Shown one piece after another: positions 1-10,303 of a stretch of DNA of 64,000 nt. The DNA is from Candidatus Limnocylindrales bacterium (GTDB taxonomy: Bacteria > Moduliflexota > Moduliflexia > Moduliflexales > JAUQPW01): positions 1-64,000 of the forward strand of contig DATMBG010000042.1 of NCBI GenBank assembly GCA_035559535.1, written 5' to 3'. The notes below the pieces were generated by a model, which searched no databases, had not been told where the DNA came from, and saw only the letters and a program-made list of their open reading frames with translations. The position numbers and the translations under genes were made by a program. Every line of letters starts with the position of its first letter. Position 1 is the stretch's first letter.

Positions 1-56
1 CCGCCCCTACATACTCCCATACCCCCATACCCCCACACTCCCATACGTATTCTTCT

Positions 57-1400
57 TCACGATACTCCTGGAATAAAAGGAACCCGAAGTGGGTCGATAC
101 TTCGGGCGGGAGGTAAGGGAGGATCTATGAAGGGAATGCCGAGTTTTTGAGCTAAAAGTTTCAGGTAAAGATAAGGCTCAGTGTAAGAGGTGGAAGCCTC
201 AATCTGAGAACCCTCATGCCATTCATTCCAGGCTTGAATGACGATATAATCCGGCCGGGCCGTCAATGCAGCAGCAATCTGATTTTCCCAGTTTAATCCA
301 CCGGCCCGGGGACTGGTTGGAGCCGGAGAATCCCCGGGTCGCCATTCATCGTCATTAAATCCCGGCATAATAGGAATCATGGCATCTTTCTTCCATTTAC
401 GAGAATCATTCACGGCGAATTGATCGACTTGAATTCGTTTACTCTGCTCCGCAGTAATCATGCCGTTAGGAGTCCAGTGGGTGAAGCAATCGACTCCGGT
501 ATTTGCCCATTCCTGGGTAATAGGACTTCCGAATACGGCATCTGGAATAAAGTAGAAATAGACTTGGGCTACCATGGCAATCACATAGATAGGCTCGTTA
601 ACCTGTGCTTTGACACCATCGACCAGTTCTTTAAATACGGCAGGAGTTAAGGCCACATCAAAGTAGGGAATAACAATGACCGGTCTTCCACCGAACCGGA
701 GGTAGGCCCCATGACCTTTCCAAAGGTTAAGCATGGTGGCAATTCGGTTGGCAGCCTCCTGTGTGGTACCTCGAACAGAAGGTCTACGAGAAGGTTGAGG
801 AGCAAAAATACCGGGATGAACTCCTTCACGGCGGATCCGATTTGCTATTTCTTCAACGGCATCATGTTTATGGGAAATGAGGGGTTGGGGTTTTCCATCT
901 TTAATACCTCGAACCGAACCCAATGCCGTAAAATGATCTACAAAGGCGATCTTGAAATTCTCCTCATAGGCTACATCCAGGAGCTTGCTGGTTACATTCT
1001 GCTCGGTTACCCAATCGTTCATATACAGAAAAAATCCTTCGAGACCTGCTGCCTTGGCTGCACGAATTTGCCATCTGAGCACTTCCGGATCGGTACTGTC
1101 GTAAGGACCTATGTAAGGATAATCCCCTGGAGCTCCTATCCAGATATCCCTGCGCCAGCCTTCAGGTCCTTTGATTCGTCTTGGATCCTTACCTGGATAG
1201 GACCACTGGGCAAATCCACCACTCTCATTCCGAAAATAATGAAAGTAAAATGCAAAGACTTTCGGAATTTCGTATTTGGGAGGAGGCGTCGGGGGAGGTT
1301 TTGAATCATGGTTATCATCGCCATCAAAAAAGGGGATATGACTGCAGCTTGCTAAGGTACTTAAAATTCCTACCAGGAAGATTAAGATAATTTTCTTCAT
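57..1400 (-). CDS. Lipoprotein with glycoside hydrolase family 99-like domain
   Basis: Lipobox LASC after hydrophobic N-terminus; YPYIGPYDSTDPEVLRWQI and AWNEWHEGSQIE motifs typical of GH99-like proteins. Confidence 0.7.
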   Translation of the reverse strand: MKKIILIFLVGILSTLASCSHIPFFDGDDNHDSKPPPTPPPKYEIPKVFAFYFHYFRNESGGFAQWSYPGKDPRRIKGPEGWRRDIWIGAPGDYPYIGPYDSTDPEVLRWQIRAAKAAGLEGFFLYMNDWVTEQNVTSKLLDVAYEENFKIAFVDHFTALGSVRGIKDGKPQPLISHKHDAVEEIANRIRREGVHPGIFAPQPSRRPSVRGTTQEAANRIATMLNLWKGHGAYLRFGGRPVIVIPYFDVALTPAVFKELVDGVKAQVNEPIYVIAMVAQVYFYFIPDAVFGSPITQEWANTGVDCFTHWTPNGMITAEQSKRIQVDQFAVNDSRKWKKDAMIPIMPGFNDDEWRPGDSPAPTSPRAGGLNWENQIAAALTARPDYIVIQAWNEWHEGSQIEASTSYTEPYLYLKLLAQKLGIPFIDPPLPPARSIDPLRVPFIPGVS

Positions 1401-1425
1401 TTATCCATCCCCCATTCCCTTCCCA

Positions 1426-1530
1426 GTGGATGGGAGGGGAGTGTGGGGTATGGGGGTATGGGAGTGTGGAAGTGTAATACCCCCATACTCCCATACCCCC
1501 ATACCCCACACTCCCCTCCCATACTTCCAT
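1426..1530. repeat. Inverted arrays of 8-bp tandem units (TGGGAGTA/TGGGGGTA/TGGAAGTG); other copies at 9-46, 2656-2766, 8466-8574, 25996-26107, 52017-52079
   Basis: G-rich arm followed by a complementary C-rich arm in several intergenic spacers. Confidence 0.85.
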
Positions 1531-1572
1531 TTAGGGTTATCCTGTCCCACAGACAGCGATCACTGGACAAAA

Positions 1573-2649
1573 TTATAAAACCCCTACTAAGCTATTGTCC
1601 CCCAACATAAACCTATAAGCCCTGGGTTTCGAGGAGGATTTGCGCACCTCGACATTCTTACCTATGAGACTGTCTTCGATGCGGGCATTGATATCGGAAA
1701 TGGTGCTATTTTCCAGCAAAATGCTATGCTCAATTTCACTGTTCTTGACGAGAACGTTATAATGAATGGAAGTAAAAGGCCCTATATAAGAATTAATAAT
1801 TTTAGAATTCTCTCCAATAATAGCCGGACCTCGAATCGTGCTATTGATAATCTCAGCCCCCTTAGAAATCACCACCTTACCGTAAACTTCAGAGCTACTA
1901 TCGATATAACCTTCATTTTTACTCTCAAAAGTATCTAAAACGATGCGATTCGCTTCCAGAAGGTCTTCTAATTTTCCCGTATCCTTCCACCAACCTTTAA
2001 CCAGACAGGGATGAACCTCATACCCCTTATCGATGAGATATTGAATGGCATCGGTAATCTCGAGCTCATTGCGAAAACTCGGTTTGATCTGTTTAACGGC
2101 CTCGAAAATAGGGGGGTTAAACATATAAACCCCCACAAGGGCCAGATTACTTTTGGGGTGTTGAGGTTTCTCCACAAGCCTTACCACACGCCCATTTTCT
2201 AACTCTGCAACGCCAAACTGCTGGGGATTGGGGACCTCGGCCAGAAGAATCTGAGAACCAAAAGAAGGACGAGAACCGTTCTTCCTGAATTCATCCACCA
2301 GACTGGAGATTCCATCTTTAATCAGGTTATCTCCTAAATACATGACAAAACAATCGCCCTTAATAAATCTCTCGGAAATAAGAACTGCATGGGCCAGTCC
2401 TAAAGGAGCTTCTTGCTCGATATAGGTAATCTGTACCCCCCATTTAGAACCATCTCCCACCGCTGCTATAATTTCATTTTTTGTATCCCCTACTACGATA
2501 CCGATATCCGTGATTCCGGCATCCCGAATAGCCTCTATCCCATAGAACAGGACCGGCTTATTGGCTACAGGAACCAACTGTTTCGCACTGGTGTGGGTAA
2601 TAGGTCGTAGCCGGGTCCCCTTACCACCGCTGAGAATTAAACCTTTCAT
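1573..2649 (-). CDS. Glucose-1-phosphate thymidylyltransferase, long form
   Basis: MKGLILSGGKGTRLRPITHTSAKQLVPVANKP, LEITDAIQ, WWKDTG and a C-terminal hexapeptide region; start corrected to ATG 2649 because the upstream extension is repeat DNA. Confidence 0.92.
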   Translation of the reverse strand: MKGLILSGGKGTRLRPITHTSAKQLVPVANKPVLFYGIEAIRDAGITDIGIVVGDTKNEIIAAVGDGSKWGVQITYIEQEAPLGLAHAVLISERFIKGDCFVMYLGDNLIKDGISSLVDEFRKNGSRPSFGSQILLAEVPNPQQFGVAELENGRVVRLVEKPQHPKSNLALVGVYMFNPPIFEAVKQIKPSFRNELEITDAIQYLIDKGYEVHPCLVKGWWKDTGKLEDLLEANRIVLDTFESKNEGYIDSSSEVYGKVVISKGAEIINSTIRGPAIIGENSKIINSYIGPFTSIHYNVLVKNSEIEHSILLENSTISDINARIEDSLIGKNVEVRKSSSKPRAYRFMLGDNSLVGVL

Positions 2650-2766
2650 AGAAGGATAGAAAGTATGAGGGTGTGGGAGTATGGGAGTATAGGTAAATCT
2701 CCCACACTTCCACACTTCCACACCCCCATACCCCCATACTCCCACACCCTCATACTCCCACACTCC

Positions 2767-5019
2767 TTAAAATCTGAGTGATCCAATTCTTCCCAGATGT
2801 TTAAATTCTAAAGTTACAATAAATCGTCGATCTGAGGTAATGGTACCGGTCGCAATATCCTGTTGGGTAAATTCAGAAATGAGGTTCCAGCATTGACCAT
2901 TATAAGCCAGTTGCAGCGTGTCTTCCACTCGATCCTGATCTTCTATATTGAATCGGGTCCGGTACTGGATACCCAACGTATTCCATAATTTAACCCCCGC
3001 TTGAAGATCTAAGAATTGGGTCTCATCTATCACAGAATTTGCAACCCGATCTACTACCAGATTTCGTCGCCATAGCACGGCCAGATTAAATTTATCCTTG
3101 TAGTTGGTGTAGAGATCCACACCGGATCCAACCAGGGCCTTGACATAGACATCATAGCTCGCCGTGAATTGAAGTCGATTCGAACTACCGGGAAAAACCT
3201 GGAGGGTTCCGATGATGTTGGAAAATCTAAAATCCGGTTGGGTAAAGTTAACGCTTTGTGAAAGTTGTAAAGAGACGAATTCTTTGGTTTCAAATTGAGG
3301 TTTCGATTCGGAATCCGAGGTGGAAGAGGGGGTTGCAGATGTTGTTGAAACTCCGGTCTCTTCCTCCTTAGGTTTGATTTTTCTTCTGGCCAGCAACCGA
3401 TTTGTCAAAGCGTAGGTAAGCTGATTTTGTTGACTGATCCGATCGATGCTGTCAAAGCTGGGTAAATCGCTTTGATCGGTGTTTTGAATAAAATTGTAGG
3501 TGAGGGAAGGCTCGATTAAATGTTTAATCTTGGTAATGGATTTATCCTCACCCCGGTCAAAGATTCTATCAAATCTGGGACCATTCAAATCCAGACTGAA
3601 GCCAAACTGACCTCGATCGACCGGATTACTTTTACTATCCGGGTTTGCTGCCGTAACGATGTCATCGGTATAGAGGGTTTCCCGGTAATTCAATTTGGGC
3701 GTCAGAGTTAAGGCTCTTCCCAGAGTTTTAAGGGGTATCGAGATGGTAGGATTAATATCTAACCGGGAGAACTCCAGTTGGGTTTTATTATTGACATCCC
3801 GACGGATGGTGGAGAAAACCGTGTCTTGCTGAAAAAAGACCGGGGAATCGAAAAGTCTTTGATTAAAACTACTGAATCGTATCTCGGGTAATCGATAATC
3901 GGTTTGCTGGATGACACTGGATGGATCAACGTTTGCCGGTACAACATTTTCCAGACGATCAAAAAGAATTCTCACCAGATTATTTTGTCCAAAGCGTTTG
4001 GTGAAAGAAACATCCGACGTAAGGCTCTGCCGGGTCCGTTCATCCAGACTGTTATCGAAATCACGAAGAAAGGTTCGATCCGAGACCAAATTTACGTTAG
4101 CCAGGGTTTCAAAATCCAGGGGGAGGGTCTGACGATGACTGAATCGTAAATCACCTCTATCCGAATGCTCTACCCGATCCCTTATGACACGACCCAGGAA
4201 ACTTCCCCGGGTATTCTCATTATAAATATAGCGGTAATCCAACTCCAGCTCATGACCCCGGATATCATAAAAGTTGTGGGTTAAAGAAAGGTCCTGGCCT
4301 TCATTGATGGCCCAAAAGAAGGTATTACCCAGATGAAAGCCCTTACTTCGACTGGACCCAATATCAGGAACCAGGAAGCCAGTCTGACGCTCTTCCTTGA
4401 TAGGAAATATCAGATAAGGGGTAAACAAAATGGGAATACCCTGGATAAACAGCAAGATATTTCGGCCTATGAAGTAATCTCCTTTATGGATGGTGGCCTT
4501 GGAGCTTTTAAACTTCCAAAAAGGAAGAAAAGAACTACAGGCCGTAAAACTGCCACGATCGATTTTAAAGGATTTCTCGCCAATTTTCTCTATCCGCTCA
4601 CCGGTAATATATTGATCTGGCTGAATTACGGCATCTCCTTTATAAACAATCCCCAATTCAGAATTAATGTTAAATTCAAGTCGTTCGGCCCGCAAGACAT
4701 CACTTCCTTCTGAATAGACCACCTCTCCAATGGCCACCATATCTCCCGTCTCCTCATTTAGTTCGACCCGATCTGCTCGTAATCGGACATCTCGATACTT
4801 TATATCTACATCCCCTTCCATAATATAGAGGCCCGTTTCAACATCTTTCTCTAAAGATTCGGCGTTGATGGTTAAAGGTTCATTGGGTATAATTTTGAAT
4901 CGATCCTGACGGGAGGTATTCGATGGGGTTGCAACCGAGCTGGTCTGGGCTGCAACGGAATGAAAGAACAGATCGTTTACAGTGAATACAACTAAAAAAC
5001 TTAAAATCAAAATCCGCAT
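2767..5019 (-). CDS. lptD: LPS-assembly outer membrane protein LptD
   Basis: Signal peptide, OstA-like N-domain with FTAC..W, RQTGFLVP motif, C-terminal YxxQCW and beta-barrel-like composition. Confidence 0.85.
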   Translation of the reverse strand: MRILILSFLVVFTVNDLFFHSVAAQTSSVATPSNTSRQDRFKIIPNEPLTINAESLEKDVETGLYIMEGDVDIKYRDVRLRADRVELNEETGDMVAIGEVVYSEGSDVLRAERLEFNINSELGIVYKGDAVIQPDQYITGERIEKIGEKSFKIDRGSFTACSSFLPFWKFKSSKATIHKGDYFIGRNILLFIQGIPILFTPYLIFPIKEERQTGFLVPDIGSSRSKGFHLGNTFFWAINEGQDLSLTHNFYDIRGHELELDYRYIYNENTRGSFLGRVIRDRVEHSDRGDLRFSHRQTLPLDFETLANVNLVSDRTFLRDFDNSLDERTRQSLTSDVSFTKRFGQNNLVRILFDRLENVVPANVDPSSVIQQTDYRLPEIRFSSFNQRLFDSPVFFQQDTVFSTIRRDVNNKTQLEFSRLDINPTISIPLKTLGRALTLTPKLNYRETLYTDDIVTAANPDSKSNPVDRGQFGFSLDLNGPRFDRIFDRGEDKSITKIKHLIEPSLTYNFIQNTDQSDLPSFDSIDRISQQNQLTYALTNRLLARRKIKPKEEETGVSTTSATPSSTSDSESKPQFETKEFVSLQLSQSVNFTQPDFRFSNIIGTLQVFPGSSNRLQFTASYDVYVKALVGSGVDLYTNYKDKFNLAVLWRRNLVVDRVANSVIDETQFLDLQAGVKLWNTLGIQYRTRFNIEDQDRVEDTLQLAYNGQCWNLISEFTQQDIATGTITSDRRFIVTLEFKHLGRIGSLRF

Positions 5020-5054
5020 CTATCTTATCCCTCACTTCACTCACGATTGGAAAA

Positions 5055-7241
5055 TTAATCATTGGCAACCGATCGAACGAACCATTTGCCAGCTTTTTTT
5101 TCAAGGGCATAATGGATGTTCTTTAATTCTCCCTTTTTGGATTCCTCGACCACCAATACATCTGCCTGCTCACCGGTCACGTTTATATTTTTAACCTGAT
5201 AGGAATAACCCGGAATACTTCGTTTAATCAAAGCATTCCAGACCGTCTCTTCGATCTCATTTTCACCAGACTTCGCCGCAGCCGAAGTAACTCCTGTTTT
5301 AGAGGTTGTTTTAGGAGTGGCCTCAGTGGCTGGCATAGATTTTAGACTCGCCTTAACATCCGATTTGGATGGTTTCTCAGGGATCGAGGGGGTTGATGGA
5401 GAGGGAGAGTTCGTTGCGGGTTGCGTAGAGGTACGGGTAGATTTGAGATCTGCCCGTGTCAGAGGGGAAGGACTGTCTCCGGTGGAAGATCTACGATCAG
5501 AAAATCCACTGTCGGAAAAAGATTCTGCCTTCCCATAACCAACAGGTTTTGTCAGTTCAAACGGGTTAGAATCTGGAGGAGTAGACCAATGGGTTTCCCT
5601 CCAGTAGGGATCATCCCGCGTGATCCAGGTTTCTAATCCTTCCTGCACCCGAAGGTTGTAGGCTTCTCTCTCTGCACTCCATCGATCGGGATAGGTACCT
5701 ACCCTCACCCGGAAGAAATGACCCAGTCCAGGGACATAAATTTCTGAGATATAGGCCGGATACCCTCTTCTTTTCAATCGATCTTGCAGTTTTACAGCGT
5801 TATAGTGGGTTCGGTTCGCTGCGACCTGAATGGTATAATTCCCTCTAGGTACAGGGGCTAACCGCATACCCGGCGGTGGAACTTCATAATCGGGTTGCAA
5901 AGGCGGAGCGGTATAGATTTCAGGGGGTTCTCCCGGAGGGGATGGAGGCTGCCTGTAGGGTTGAGCAGGAGGCGGTACCAAAGGTTGAGGGGATCTCCCG
6001 TAAGACGATACCGGAGGTTCTGTAAAGGTCTCTGGAGGTCTTTCATAAACTGGTGGCGGAGGCACCGCAAAGGGAGGAGGACCTTCATAAGCCGGCCTTG
6101 GAGGCCCCGCAGAGGCCTGTGAAGGTTCCAACGACTGAGCAGAGGGAGGTGGTGCATAGGCCTGTGGAGATTCTGAATAAGAAGGGGCAGGACGGGGGTA
6201 AAAGTAGAAACTATCCATATCTGACATGGTTTTAGAACCGGAACGGAAGACCACCCGAGCCCTATAAAGTCCGGATTTAAAGAAAGGAGCTCCTGAAGCT
6301 AAAAAACTGATAGAATCGGCGGTTAAATTTGGATTCCTGGCCTTCAATTGCTCAATCCCATCGGGATCTATCACATACAGATCCACCCCGAGCGCCGGCG
6401 TACTCTTGTTAAAACGTAAGGTAACAAAATCCCCGGTATAAGCCGGATTGGGATAAATATCTGCAATGTGGATCTCCGGATTATATTCATAGTCTCCGCC
6501 GGTAATATTTTTGTAAACATCTACCTCTACCCGCTTAATAACAAAGGCATCACTTCCTGTCATGGCAATTTCAATGGGAAGTCGTCCATCCGGACCCACA
6601 AGACTTCCAGGATCTCGATTAATTCGATCTGATTGATATTTGTTGGAAGGGTAGCGAATCCTCCAGCTCTCATTTCGATTAGACGGCTCTGTTAAATCGC
6701 CATAGATCAGATCATCGGCAAATTGAAATACCTTCGGTTTCCAGGCATCTCCAACCCGTCGGGTTACCTGACCAATATTACGACCTCCTATGAGAATAGT
6801 TGGACCTACGTCGGGGTTACTACTTTCTGAATAACCGTCGATCCAAACTTCTAAGATATCCGATTTATCCAGTCTTCCAACCGGAACCGCATAACGAATG
6901 GCTCCACCTTCTAAATGATTGGAGCCTATATGAATCCAGCCGGTATCCTCTCGCCGCAAAACGTCCCCACTGATCCCAATTTGATCTCGGACCAAATCTA
7001 TTTTAAAGGCTTTGACCCGCCACTCGGTGGGGTTTCCTCTCAGGGTGGTACTCTGCCAGTCTGCCAGGGCTTCCGGGAATCCTATCTGGAAGCCATCCTT
7101 CCATAGGTTTCCCATTCGTCCTGCTGACAAACCCGGGACAGATTCTAAACCTGTCGAAGGAACAAGCCTCAGGGATGGCCCTACCAGGATGAAACCTAAC
7201 ACTACACACCCTACCAAACTTAAATGCACCGATTTTTTCAT
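5055..7241 (-). CDS. SPOR domain protein with Pro-rich linkers
   Basis: YTIQVAA...FRVRVGTY SPOR motif; N-terminal signal/TM segment; long Pro/Ser-rich regions. Confidence 0.7.
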   Translation of the reverse strand: MKKSVHLSLVGCVVLGFILVGPSLRLVPSTGLESVPGLSAGRMGNLWKDGFQIGFPEALADWQSTTLRGNPTEWRVKAFKIDLVRDQIGISGDVLRREDTGWIHIGSNHLEGGAIRYAVPVGRLDKSDILEVWIDGYSESSNPDVGPTILIGGRNIGQVTRRVGDAWKPKVFQFADDLIYGDLTEPSNRNESWRIRYPSNKYQSDRINRDPGSLVGPDGRLPIEIAMTGSDAFVIKRVEVDVYKNITGGDYEYNPEIHIADIYPNPAYTGDFVTLRFNKSTPALGVDLYVIDPDGIEQLKARNPNLTADSISFLASGAPFFKSGLYRARVVFRSGSKTMSDMDSFYFYPRPAPSYSESPQAYAPPPSAQSLEPSQASAGPPRPAYEGPPPFAVPPPPVYERPPETFTEPPVSSYGRSPQPLVPPPAQPYRQPPSPPGEPPEIYTAPPLQPDYEVPPPGMRLAPVPRGNYTIQVAANRTHYNAVKLQDRLKRRGYPAYISEIYVPGLGHFFRVRVGTYPDRWSAEREAYNLRVQEGLETWITRDDPYWRETHWSTPPDSNPFELTKPVGYGKAESFSDSGFSDRRSSTGDSPSPLTRADLKSTRTSTQPATNSPSPSTPSIPEKPSKSDVKASLKSMPATEATPKTTSKTGVTSAAAKSGENEIEETVWNALIKRSIPGYSYQVKNINVTGEQADVLVVEESKKGELKNIHYALEKKAGKWFVRSVAND

Positions 7242-7346
7242 AAAGCCTCCTTTTTCTGGGACGTTAGGTCAAAAACTCATGGCCTTAGAATCGAAGCTTA
7301 GTTAATGGTAATCACACTTCTCTAAAGGTATAAAACCGTATTCTTC

Positions 7347-7631
7347 TTATTCACCTTGATTGATAATGGCTTCCTTAAATTCCTTTCCTGGCTTAAATTT
7401 AATCGTTCTACCCTCGCTAATCGGAGCTTCCTCCCCGGTACGCGGATTACGGCCTGTTCTGGCTTTCCGTTTGCGAACCCTAAAAACCCCAAACCCTCTA
7501 AACTCCAGGCGCTCTTCATTTTTAAGAGCCTCCTTGAGGATGGTTAAAAGGGACTCCACCGCTTCACTGGCTTTGGTTTTTGTTAGTCCTGTTTCTTTGG
7601 CAACTCTATTGGCTATCTCTACCTTGGTCAA
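7347..7631 (-). CDS. HU/IHF family DNA-binding protein
   Basis: MTKVEIA, GFGVF, RTGRNPRTGE, FKPGKE; GGAGG SD upstream of a TTG start. Confidence 0.93.
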   Translation of the reverse strand: MTKVEIANRVAKETGLTKTKASEAVESLLTILKEALKNEERLEFRGFGVFRVRKRKARTGRNPRTGEEAPISEGRTIKFKPGKEFKEAIINQGE

Positions 7632-8172
7632 AACGACCTATCCTCCTTTCCTAAAAATAAAATGATCTCCTTTAACCTAAAATCTCTTTACCTGAATTTA
7701 AAATGAATCTTGAAAATCCCTTTAAAATCTAGGGTTTCCATGGTTAAGCATCAAGCGTGACTATAAATATAACATTCTTATTTATTTTGCAAGAAAAAAA
7801 GAAAGAATCCACCAGAAAAGTTTAAGGAAGAAGTTTGATTAGCCTGAAAACCTGTCACCCTGGAGATGGGAAGGTGACTCTGCAGAGCTACCCGACCCTT
7901 TCTCCCACATTTCCACGCCGATCAGGTATAACCTTTCGGAAGAGGAATCGGTCGGTCACCTTTACTCTTAGTGAATAGAGTATGGCTTATCAAATCGGGT
8001 ATAAACCCGATTAAACGAAGCAATGGCGCTTCTGGAAGAGATACCCTAAGCTGGAAGTTACTACCCTGGGAAGGATTCCTGACTTGGGAATTTCCGTTAA
8101 CACCCATAAAAAATGAGGAAAAAAGATGGAATCTTTTTTCCTCTGACCCGGTTAAGGATCTCTTTAAACGAC

Positions 8173-8454
8173 TTAGCTTTTACCTCCGGCAATGGCAGGA
8201 ATAATGGCTACTTCATCTCCATCATGAACCGGTGTATGTTCTCCTTCCATAAACCGAATATCGCGGTTATTGATATAAATATTCACAAACCGTTTAAGGG
8301 TCCCATCCGGGTTGTAGAGCTTTTCTTTCATCCCCGGATATTGTTTCTCCAGGTTCTCAAAAACCTCCCGGATATTTCCTCCTGAGGCTTGTATCTCATC
8401 CTTATTTCCTGTTAATTTTCGTAAAGGGGTTGGAATACGTACCTGAACAGGCAT
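8173..8454 (-). CDS. MoaD/ThiS/CysO family sulfur carrier protein
   Basis: MPVQVRIPTPLR...FVNIYINNRDIRF...IIPAIAGG-KS; start corrected to ATG 8454. Confidence 0.9.
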   Translation of the reverse strand: MPVQVRIPTPLRKLTGNKDEIQASGGNIREVFENLEKQYPGMKEKLYNPDGTLKRFVNIYINNRDIRFMEGEHTPVHDGDEVAIIPAIAGGKS

Positions 8455-8585
8455 ACTACCCTGCTGGTATGGGAGTATGGACGTGTGGGCGTGTGGAAGT
8501 ATGGAGGTATATAATAAATACTTTACTTTCCATACTCCCATACTCCCGCACTTCCACACGCCCACACACTTATACTCTCTTCTCT

Positions 8586-9770
8586 CTAAGCATGGGCCAT
8601 GCTGCAAACAGCCCCGGTGGCAACAAATTCATCGTAGTCTATAAACTCTTTGATTTCCGGATTTTTTCCGCAAACCGCGCAATTGGGATCACGACGGATC
8701 TCCAATTCACGAAACTCCATATTCAAGGCATCATACAGGATTAATTTTCCCATCATGGTAGAACCGATACCGAGAAGAAGTTTGAGGGCATCGGTAGCCT
8801 GTAACAAACCAATAACCCCGGGTAACACGCCCAGGACTCCGGCCTCGTCTCAGGTTGGGGCTAACTCTGCCGGAGTGGGTATGGGATAGAGACATCGATA
8901 GCAAGGCCCTTTACCCGGAATAAAGGTCGTAGCCTGCCCTTCAAATCGAAAAATACTCCCATAAATATTGGGTTTACCATAAAAGACACAGGCATCATTG
9001 ACCAGGTATCGGGTCTTAAAATTATCACTTCCGTCGATGATCACATCGTAGTCCTTAATAATATCAATATTATTCACCGAAAGCCTCTCGGCATAAGGAA
9101 TGACGGTAATCCCCGGATTGAGTCTTTTGAGCGTATCTTGGGCAGATTCTACTTTGCTCTTACCTAACCACTCGGTATTATGCAGGATTTGCCGTTGCAA
9201 ATTCGATTCGTCTACCACATCTGAATCTACAATCCCCAGAGTTCCTACACCGGCTGCAGCCAGATAATAAGCCGCAGGAGAGCCCAGCCCACCCGCTCCA
9301 ATTAATAGAACTTTGCTTTCTAAAAGCTTGATTTGTCCTTTTTCTCCAACTTCTGGAATAAGAATCTGACGACTATAACGGGCCCGTTGTTCAGGAGTTA
9401 AGAACTTTGGTTTTACCACTTTATACTGGGCATTTTTCCAGGCATTAAAACCTCCCACCATGGATTGTACATTTTTATAGCCCATGTCTTTCAAGGTTTT
9501 GGTGGCTAAGGCAGATCGAACTCCGCCTGCACAATAAACGACGATGGGAGTATCCTTATCTGGAACTGCATTTTCGATCCTTAATTCCAGAAAACCCCTT
9601 GGAATAAATACCGCATTTTCAATGGCCCCTTCATCAAACTCTTCCTTTTCTCGCACATCTACGAGAACAAGCTTATCCCCTTTTTGAAGTCGCTCATGAA
9701 CTTCGTGGGGTGTCACCTCCGATATTTCCTTTTTTACCTGTTGTAGCAGTTGATCCTTGGTTAAACTCAT
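8586..9770 (-). CDS. moeB: Rhodanese-MoeB/ThiF fusion (MoeZ-like) sulfur-carrier adenylyltransferase; candidate selenoprotein (U307)
   Basis: Rhodanese YCAGGVRS, RYSRQ, GAGGLG, NLQRQ and CYRC. ORFs 8850-9770 and 8586-8828 are in frame and joined by TGA 8850-8852, giving LAPT*DEAGVLGVLPGVIG; the second Zn-ligand motif CAVC lies after the TGA. Confidence 0.88.
8815..8849 (-). promoter_or_regulatory. Candidate SECIS hairpin of moeZ
   Basis: CCTGGG-CGTGTTA-CCCGGG stem-loop; loop begins 20 nt after the UGA. Confidence 0.5.
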
Positions 9771-9829
9771 ACGACCAGAAGCAAGAGGTAAGAAACAAGA
9801 AATTTTATTTCTTGCCCCTTGTTTACTGT

Positions 9830-10303
9830 TTAATCTTTAACTTGAAAAGCTTCCTCCTTAAAATCCTTTATCCTTTCATCCCATATAAAAATTCGGGCAT
9901 TTTTTACTTTTCCTCCATAAACCGAAACGACCATATGAAAGGCATCAGGATACATAGGTTCTCCCCACTCTCCGGAGAGAGCCATATATTTATCTTCCTG
10001 AGAAAAATAAGCTTCGTGTTCAGGATGAGAATGATAGAACCCCTTAATTTCTTCCTTTTGCTCTTCGGCTTGTTGAAAAACCCGCATCATCTCCTGAGGC
10101 TCCATATAATAAGCAATTCGGGCGTCACGCTTGTATTTATTCGGATCTTTCCGGTGCAGCTCATTTTGAATATTTGTGATCCGATAAACCCTCCAGATGT
10201 CCTGATCCTTAGGACCTGTTATAATACCACAACATTCCTCGGGGTAGGTTGCTTCGGCATGTTGATAAATTTCCTCCAATTTAGATCTCTGAATATATAT
10301 CAT
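9830..10303 (-). CDS. JAMM/M67 metallopeptidase (Mec-like CysO-cysteine peptidase)
   Basis: YPEECCG and YHSHPEHEAYFSQED JAMM motif; lies between cysM and moeZ. Confidence 0.88.
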   Translation of the reverse strand: MIYIQRSKLEEIYQHAEATYPEECCGIITGPKDQDIWRVYRITNIQNELHRKDPNKYKRDARIAYYMEPQEMMRVFQQAEEQKEEIKGFYHSHPEHEAYFSQEDKYMALSGEWGEPMYPDAFHMVVSVYGGKVKNARIFIWDERIKDFKEEAFQVKD

